A DNA stretch of 61,462 nucleotides, the filler included, from Platydemus manokwari (taxonomy: Eukaryota): assembly GCA_037951405.1 (NCBI GenBank). It is 5 parts of 5 records of this genome, joined end to end, with 100 filler letters (N's around TTAATTAATTAA, not from the genome) between each part and the next. Parts side by side here need not be neighbours in the genome. Positions count along the whole stretch, not along the records: positions 51,679 to 61,462 come from JBBMOY011205099.1; 4 more parts are not named here. One strand, given 5' to 3'. The notes beneath the pieces were generated by a model, which was not told the DNA's origin, made no database searches, and was given only the letters and a program-made list of their open reading frames with translations. This document shows, piece by piece, positions 53,428 to 61,462 of this stretch (position 1 is the first letter of the stretch; each line of letters starts with the position of its first letter). Both the position numbers and the translations under genes were made by a program.

Positions 53428-53987
53428 CGTCTCCGTCTCTACAACTAAAATAAAACAAAACACAATATTTATGCTTACTATTTATACTCATTGATATTAA
53501 TAATTAGTCTGATTAATTGTACTTTATTTCTAATTTCTTATTAATCAGTTGCATTATTAAAATATGGCTGAAGCAGCTGATGATGTTTAATTTTCGCTTG
53601 CGGATAGTGTTTATAATTAGCTCTGCAATAGTGTGCCAGGATAATACCAGAGCTTTCCAAGAATTTCAACGACAATTCAATCATGTACCACCAGCAAGGA
53701 CAAAAGTCCATTACTGAAAAAAAGAAGTTTGAAGAAACGGGAAATTTATCATTTAGCATCAGTCGTGAAACAAGAAGTCGTCTGTAAATGTTATTCAAGC
53801 TTCGGAAAAAGATGCAATATCTGTTTGGAGCAAGATGGTGAACATTTTGAACAGTTTCTATGAAATTGCTTATTATTTACCGTTATTTGTTCTTACTGTC
53901 AGTGTGTGTTTTGTTGTGCATCAAAGTAGCTCAACACATTTAGTTTGTTCTTACTGTTGTTTTATTTTAATTTTAGAGACGGAGACT
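53428..53987 (+). mobile_element. Internally deleted Tc1/mariner element (DUF4817/HTH_48 type) with TIRs and TA TSD
   Basis: Left TA|CGTCTCCGTCTCTACAACTAAAATAAAACAA; right reverse complement TA|AGTCTCCGTCTCTAAAATTAAAATAAAACAA. Interior reads FQRQFNHVPPARTKVHY*KK/KFEETGN (N-terminal HTH) joined to CYSSFGKRCNICLEQDGEHFEQFL* (C-terminus). Confidence 0.88.
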
Positions 53988-55757
53988 TAAGAATCGCAAG
54001 GTATATTGTTAGGAAGTTTTAAAATAACGGAAATCAGTGGATGAAATATTATTGAGTAATATACCAATATACTCGACGTACTTATCAGACCGCGTATTGT
54101 AATAATCAATATTAGACGGCATTTATTTTTCATTCCGGTAAAGAAATAGTCGTATTGACAATATGCCAATTGTTTCAACAATCGAAATATTAAGAATTAT
54201 TCGTTTGAAACATTTTTTTAGAAAAGAAATCAAGCTTTTGATTTAAAATTGGATCCAGAGTATTTTAAAAGATACTTCTATCCAGAATATAAAATACTAC
54301 AACTGCTATTTGAGTCGAATAAAAAATGCCAGCTTCAATTCCTTGACAAGTTGATGTGATAATTTGTTGACATCAAGACTTAAGAATTTTATAAATTAAA
54401 GTTTACTTATGCACGTATTCAAATGTATCATGTTTTGAAAGATAAGAAATTCCATTTAGAGTTGATTTCATCAGATCTTTCCGAACTTAAACAATTCAAA
54501 AAAATATATCCATTAATCTATTACATCATCCATAATCTCAAATGTAATATCATTCAGGTAGCTATTTATAATTATCATTAAATCATCAGAAATAAAATAT
54601 TATATATTTTATATGACGGTAATCGCAACAATTTTGATCCTACTTGCACATCTTTGATTTTCGGATACTTAACCCATGGAGTTCAGTTAGTTTCAGAGTA
54701 CGTTTTAGTTTAAGAAAATAATATAATCTATCATAGTAAACAATCTACAGTTTCTCAACAAGAATATCAATAACTACTACGATTACTTTTACAATTAAAG
54801 CGAATTCAGGTATGAAGTTCTCGAGATAAAATTCTAATTTCAAAATCATCAATATTTAAACAACGGAACCAAATATTATTTAGCTATTCTATTAATTAAA
54901 TTATTTCTGTAATTCTTTATTTTGAATTATATCAAGATCCCTCAGATTGGTCATTCAATTTTTAGAATTTATTTATTTTTTGAGTTAGAATTAAGTCATC
55001 TCAACACTTACTTTAATACATATTCATATTCGAAAATTCTTTTCCAACTCGAATTAGGAACCTTCATTTCAAATCAAAATAACCATAACATAGAAAAAAT
55101 TCAGATTAAAATTCCTTTGTAAAAAAAATCTTTTCTTTAAAAAATTGAAAGTGATGTTGTTAGACATGATGTTGTTATATTGCCATGTACAGTGAATTTA
55201 TGCTACCATTCCTAAGTGTATCAATATGATATTTTTAAAATAATACTTTAACTCTAAAAGCTATAATTATTAAAGCGTATAGATACCATATAATGCCCTT
55301 CAAAAGATTACGAATACAAGTAATCCGTCTAAAACATAACCTACTTATAAATTACAAATATACTTATTAATTAGAAGATCTTAATAATATCCACTGTAAA
55401 ACTTTGTCTTATGGTAAGATAATCAGTATAAATCTCAAAAACATAACTGGAGACCAAAATTAAAAGCAAAGTGATAGTCTGCATAACACCAGAATCACAG
55501 GTTATTTTTATTACTAATTTAAATTTAGAAATATCTAAGTCTTAAAGCTTTAGAAATATAATACAGTTGGCAATTAAGTACAAAAACATTAATCGAAAAA
55601 TATAGACAAATGTCGTTTTCGGTATACTTTCAATAAAAAAAGCGATTTGATTTAAATAATTAAACCCTAATTACAGAAATATTTTCAAGATTCATTTTTC
55701 AGAACTGTATTGTGATGAAAAGATATTAAAATATATTTATTAGGTTAGAAAAAGAAA

Positions 55758-57844
55758 TTATTTAATATATTTCGGGATCCCTGTGGCTTGACAGTTTCTG
55801 AAACGACACTGACCGAAACGTGGAACACAATCTGTACAATACCCATGACCACAAGGCATAATCACCTGTAATTTCTTCACACATGTTAAACAACTTTTCT
55901 ACAAAAAAACCAACCAATAACAGTGTTTAAAATTATTTGTAACCAACGTAATATAACGGCCACTCATCAACCAGGCATTTCATTGCGTTCACTTTATAAG
56001 ATAATTTATCATTTATGATTCTCATTTCATTGATTTCTTTTCGTACTAATGATGGCTATCAAAAATAAACATTAATCAATATTTTAATAATATTTTATAA
56101 TCAATAATAAAACTGCACAGCCATCTAAAGCTGTTAATAAGTAGAACTGTGTATCTATTTTTTGCTGTTACTTATAATTTGTAAACAGTTTTCAAATAAC
56201 CAATTAAAACGATATTAAAAATTTCAACAATATAGTCAATGTCGAATTGATTTTCGATTATAGAGATATTAACTAATTATTGATATAATATATTTTATAT
56301 TAAATAATCAATAAACGACTACGGTATATTTCTATCCTACCGATGTCATTTTAATCATAAAATAGCCTTACATAATCTGCGACATAGCGTTTCAATCGTT
56401 CCAAACATACTTTCGATTCCGCCAAATTGTCATCCTTGAAAATGAAAACATCGTTATTTTTCCCGCCCAATTATATTTCTTACTTTCCTAGACAGATTTT
56501 TCACTCGCTTTTTCGCTATTTGTAAAGCAGTCTTCCCGTTCTACAATTAAAATTGAAAGACAAAACACAAATAGTAGGTCAAATATAATGGAAGCACGTG
56601 CTAATGCCAAATTCACAAAAATCCGTCTTTTTAGACGAACAGTTTATTATTCAAATATCTTGGGATAATAACAACAAAGCACAGTATTTACTTTATTCAT
56701 TAGGTTTGGATCAATTTTCAATTTCTCGATCAACTCCACCAATTCGGTACTGCCTCTCTCAGCGGAAATCATCAAAATATTATTACCAGTCTGGAATTAT
56801 TTACCAATATTTCAATATCGACAATTACAACAGGAAAAGTGATATGATTTTACATTTATATTCCTGATTTCCATTTGATATTTTAGCCTTTGGAACAGTT
56901 CCAAAAATTCCACCTTAACCAGCTCCGCTGATAGCAAAACTATATCATTCCCCCACTAGAATGTATTTCGATAAAAATAAACAGCGATATTCAATACGAT
57001 AAAAATACATTGTCCAGCGAATTGTAATACTTTCTCTTTAAAATCATCCGAGCAGCATTTTTATCATTGTTATAAACCGCCCAATGGAGAGGGGTCATAC
57101 CTAACTTGAATGTGACAGAAATTAATTCAAACACCATCAAAACTCGTTCCCACTTTATCTTGTTGATTAATATCTGTTTCTGGATTGTCTAAAATTATTT
57201 TCATCACATCGTAATCCCCACTGTCTACTGCCCAGTGTAAAGCGGTTTTCTGTGTCTAGAAAAACGAAAAAAAACAAAGATTTCCCTTATCCCATATTCT
57301 GAGCATCATTTACCAACAATTCGATCAATACTGATTTTGTTTGGATTTGACTTCTGTATTCTCAAGGCTGTCACACCACAGGCTTGAAGGAACTGGAGGA
57401 AAATTCTGTGAGATAATATACCCGATGACAAATCAAATTTATTTACTTCTACTTCATTGAATTTGTTTATCGATTGATACAAAATGAAAATCATTTCTCG
57501 GCACATGATCTGAAATAAAGTCACCGCCTGTTCTCTGTTCTATGAGATTATAATTTTAACAAGCGTTATTAAAGGTTCTCCAACAATAATATTCTTTAAT
57601 CAACAAATATACCCGCCAAATAATTTTTTAATATTAATAATAAAAATAAAGGTTTTGTTTTATCGTACACATATATATAATTTTATCATTTCAATATGAG
57701 AGGTATTTTATCAAATAATTTTTTCAGATAATTATCAATTACCGCGCTAAAGCTTTCATTGGTCAAATTGAAATTCAGTTGTGTGTCGATTGCTGCTTTT
57801 TCAATGGAATCAACGAAACAAGGGTCATCGTTGAAAAATGTCAT
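55758..57844 (-). CDS. Ankyrin-repeat + C-terminal C3HC4 RING finger protein (putative E3 ubiquitin ligase), about 335-353 aa, 10 exons
   Basis: Exons, all with phase-0 GT-AG introns: 57844-57743, 57509-57318, 57255-57154, 57104-57009, 56955-56854, 56790-56692, 56540-56484, 56434-56372, 56055-55948, 55898-55758 (TAA). Ankyrin motifs: KTALHWAV, GMTPLHWAV, GNDIVLLSAE, GNNILMISAERG, GKTALQIA. RING: CLTC-x9-CGHGYCTDC-x6-CRFRNC. The first two exons are less certain. Confidence 0.85.
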
Positions 57845-58249
57845 TTATTGAAATAAGCACATCATCTAATTATTAAAACAAATTAAATATATTAAACAAA
57901 TAATTTATAATTTTAATTAATATTTAAAATTTAAAAATTTACACATCATCACTATGGTTATTGTTTTAATTGATTGTATAATTAGAGATAAATCTTTAAA
58001 GTTCATTGAAATATAAAAATTTAAAACAAACAATGACCAATAGATAAAATATTATTTTTATTTACATCGAAAATAACGATTGGTCTGCATGTAAATGATT
58101 TGTTAAACAACACGTGCTTTTAATATAATAATACATTTCATACTAAAGTATTGTCGGGGCTTGATTCAGAATAACCCAATTATCGTTGACACCAAAAATC
58201 AAAGATTGTAAGTCTTATTTCTAACTATCACAAAGTATCATACATTTAT

Positions 58250-59500
58250 AATTAAAAATTCACTTCCGACAACAGGTGTACTACTCAGTACGACCCACAA
58301 TTTTAATACAAACTTGGCTTCTAATTACCTGTTGACCATCCCTTACATCAGAATTTACACTAGAGATCTGTGTAATTTTTTGTGTCACGCTTGTATCACA
58401 TTTTATATGATCTTTACTTGTCTATGTTTCTATTGGGCTTATTGGTTTTGGTATATGTGGGATTGGTCATTTCTTATATGTGTGTTGTAGTGTGGCTATG
58501 TCTATTTTTCTACTAGTCGTTTTCCACTTGACTCTACTGTGATTGGTTGATTATCATGTATGTATGTTTATGTTGGCATGTGAAGGTTAAAATTGATAAA
58601 ATCAGGATTCCAAGGTGTAAATCTGTTTTTCTATTGTGAGATTTTGTCTCACTAAACAATGTCTATTTTAAAATTCAAAGCTGAGACTTTTTATTCAAAT
58701 ATCAACCCAGAACAAGAAATTATCATGATATCTGTTAATGACGATTAGTAAATTTGAGGGAAAGTAATTTTCATATTAGAACTCATTTATATAAGGAAAT
58801 CTAGCTTCTCCTTTCATAAGAAACGTTGTAGGCTGTAGAACAAAGCAATTTGACAATAAAGAAAATTATTTTTAAAATATTCACAAGCCAGTTTTAAGGG
58901 TGTTTTCAATGTAAACTGAATTCCCTACCGTATCCATTTAAAACTGATTTTAAAGAAAGTTCTTGAGAATCCCACATTTAATGAAGCTGTGAAAATATAT
59001 AAATATTTTTAATCCATAATCAAAAATTCTGACAATTTTAAAAGGTATATTTGAAGAAATGTGAATGTTCTTTCCAACATAGGGTTTCGTACAAAAATAA
59101 GATGTTGCCAAAATCTAATACCGTAAAGTATTTTCTCTAAATTAATCAAGGAATTTTCCGGATTACGAAATAGGAATATAAAAATTTGTTCCTCATTTAT
59201 TTTGAATTAATATTAGCTTTCCAATAGTGTCATTTTGTTTCTTAATTTCTTTAACGAGACCAAGGCTAGTGGAGAAATTCTCATCTTCGTATATCTTTAC
59301 TAAACGAGATAAATCAATAATCTTGTTTCAAATTCGAAATTCCACATCGCATCAATTGGAGAGTGTTTAAAATGATGTGTTAGTTGAAACCAGATATGAA
59401 ATGCTGTTCCATCGCTTATGTGGGATAACATTTCGACTTTTAAATAAAGTTTTAATAAAATTTCTGGCAATTTTTTTCTTTGTTGCATTGTTTTTAAATA
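58250..59500 (-). mobile_element. Decayed Penelope-like element (RT tail, GIY-YIG, terminal region)
   Basis: Minus-strand fragments resemble YRKPT...IH.SSN.P, YIG.T..LKT.L.E and IYTLES..F.PS.ANIN. These are followed by a structured tail in which CAACAGGT pairs with a downstream ACCTGTTG. Confidence 0.45.
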
Positions 59501-61389
59501 TCAGAGATACATTTTTTTGAAATTATTAATCACTGGTGACATTTTTATAAGCTATTACAAAAATTTAAATTTTTCTTTCCAACACTTCTTTAAAAAACTC
59601 TTTTAATCTGCAAAATAGTACTTTCTAGCTTAAATTACTTAAATAATTGGAAATTTGTTTGATTTGTAAGGATTATGGAGGATTGCTGAATGAATCTTTA
59701 CCGATTACAATAGACCTTTCTCTTATAAACCTGATTAACAGGCGTCATTAGCTTACTTAAGCACACAATTGATGTCATTCACTATTTGGCAAAACGAACA
59801 TTTTTTGTACGGATTATTTTAATTTAAACCATTAAAGAATTAAGAAATATTTTAAAATAAGATGTTTATGGGCATTTGAAGTTGAATATCTATCAGTAAA
59901 CTATCTGTCATGAGATGAATAGATGATGTCGGCATATCTAATAGAAAATGTGCTTTGAAAACCCGTCTGTAGATATCGAAATAATAAAACATAGAAATTG
60001 TTTACAAAACTAATCATATCTTAACAGAACATCTTGTCCAACAATTTCCACGAAAGAAAAAAAGTTCAAATTATTAGCTACAATAAATGGTTCTGTTTTA
60101 TATTTTGTTTAAATTCGAATTAGTGTTTCATTGCCTTATAGATTTTCTAATTAATAATAAATAAAGGATTTGACTTTCAGATGAAAATATAATCAAACAA
60201 TTATCTAATTTAATCTCAGTGTGAACCCCCCTCTTCTTACTCACCACCGTCACCACCAGCAGCCTCATCTCTTACAGAAAATAAAATGAAAAATCTTTCA
60301 ATAAAAAATTCTTTTAAAAATATAATCAATATTGGAAACTATTTCCTGCTATTACCACAGCAATCAATGTGGGAATAAAAATTGTATTGTCTGGCATTAA
60401 TATCATAAATCATAAAATCCCATCAAACATTCACCGGTCGTCAGTCAAACGGGTCAATGTGGAATCCGAAAAACAATCGCCTAAAATCAAAACCGATCAG
60501 ACAAAGACATTCTAAAATAAATCAGAAATTATATGGGAAATATTATCGAAAATCGTTGCAATCATACGGCTAAGATTGTCAAATCAACAACAGCAACTAT
60601 CCAATCACAAAACATTTGATTAAATACTTCAATTTATCTACATTCGACATTAACTGTTCCTTTCCTATCATATTTGTCATTATCTTTGATATCTTAATTG
60701 ATTCCTCTCTATCAAAATTGTTTCCGATAAAACATTGTTCTAGTGATGATTGTTTGACGTTTTTTGTGACGATTTTATGAAGAATTTAACTGAAAAACTG
60801 TCGATCGGATCTCAACCAACGACACCGTTGAATCACATTCATAATGGATGGGAAACACCGAAACTGTATTCACCGAGCAAAATAAGTGAGTTGATTTTGC
60901 ATGGATTTTTTTTCTTATCTTTTGATGTTTTTTTTTTACCATTTTTTGGTTTCATAGAATTAAGCTCTTTAATTAATGGGAATATTTATTTGAGGAATCT
61001 GTAAAAATTATCATATTAATGATTTGTTCTGTGAAAAATATTGGAAGATATCCAATAATTATAGCTTCATCAGCTTGCTTATCATCCAGTATAAACCATC
61101 ATTTGAAATATGTTTGAATTTGATGACGGAATATTATGCAATAGTTATGCTTTTTAATTCATCTGATATAATTAGAAGAGATCTCAATCTTGTCGTCAAG
61201 TAAGGATGAAATATTTTCGAAATCCCATTCATTAATCGAAACAAGAATGGGATTTCTTTTAATTTAGGATTTGATAGAACAGACAGAAATCGGAGATGAG
61301 AGATTATTATTTTGTAATATATTATGTTTTATAAGTATTGATATATAATTATTGATGTTTTCTCATCATTGGACTTAATTAGATGCTAA

Positions 61390-61405
61390 TTATTATTATT
61401 ATTAA

Positions 61406-61462
<57 letters not shown>
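61390..61462. repeat. (ATT)n microsatellite
   Basis: Direct reading to the window end. Confidence 0.95.

Overview
Very AT-rich eukaryotic (metazoan) genomic DNA with spliceosomal GT-AG introns (the shortest about 45-55 nt), (AAT)n microsatellites and abundant decayed transposons. The overall character fits a free-living flatworm such as a planarian, but that is inference only. Four 100-bp artificial spacers (44 N + TTAATTAATTAA + 44 N) split the window into five pieces whose true adjacency is unknown. Three host genes are well supported, all on the minus strand: (1) an intronless, catalytically intact DNA topoisomerase IB (32461-34503); (2) a 13-exon AtuA/DUF1446-family gene with a fused C-terminal domain (36710-50862), whose 5' exons are missing beyond a gap; (3) a 10-exon ankyrin-repeat + C3HC4 RING gene (55758-57844). 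The rest is mostly TE relics: an RLE non-LTR 3' end, Ty3/gypsy elements (one with a probable decayed env-like third ORF), hAT, pogo, mariner, Tc1/DUF4817, Chapaev3-like and Penelope-like fragments. The most notable unexplained structure is a three-copy family of about 0.5-0.65 kb non-coding elements. Each has about 157-bp direct terminal repeats ending in (G)GCTTACA-like sequence, a tRNA-Arg-like primer-binding site and a polypurine tract, i.e. a TRIM-type miniature LTR retrotransposon.
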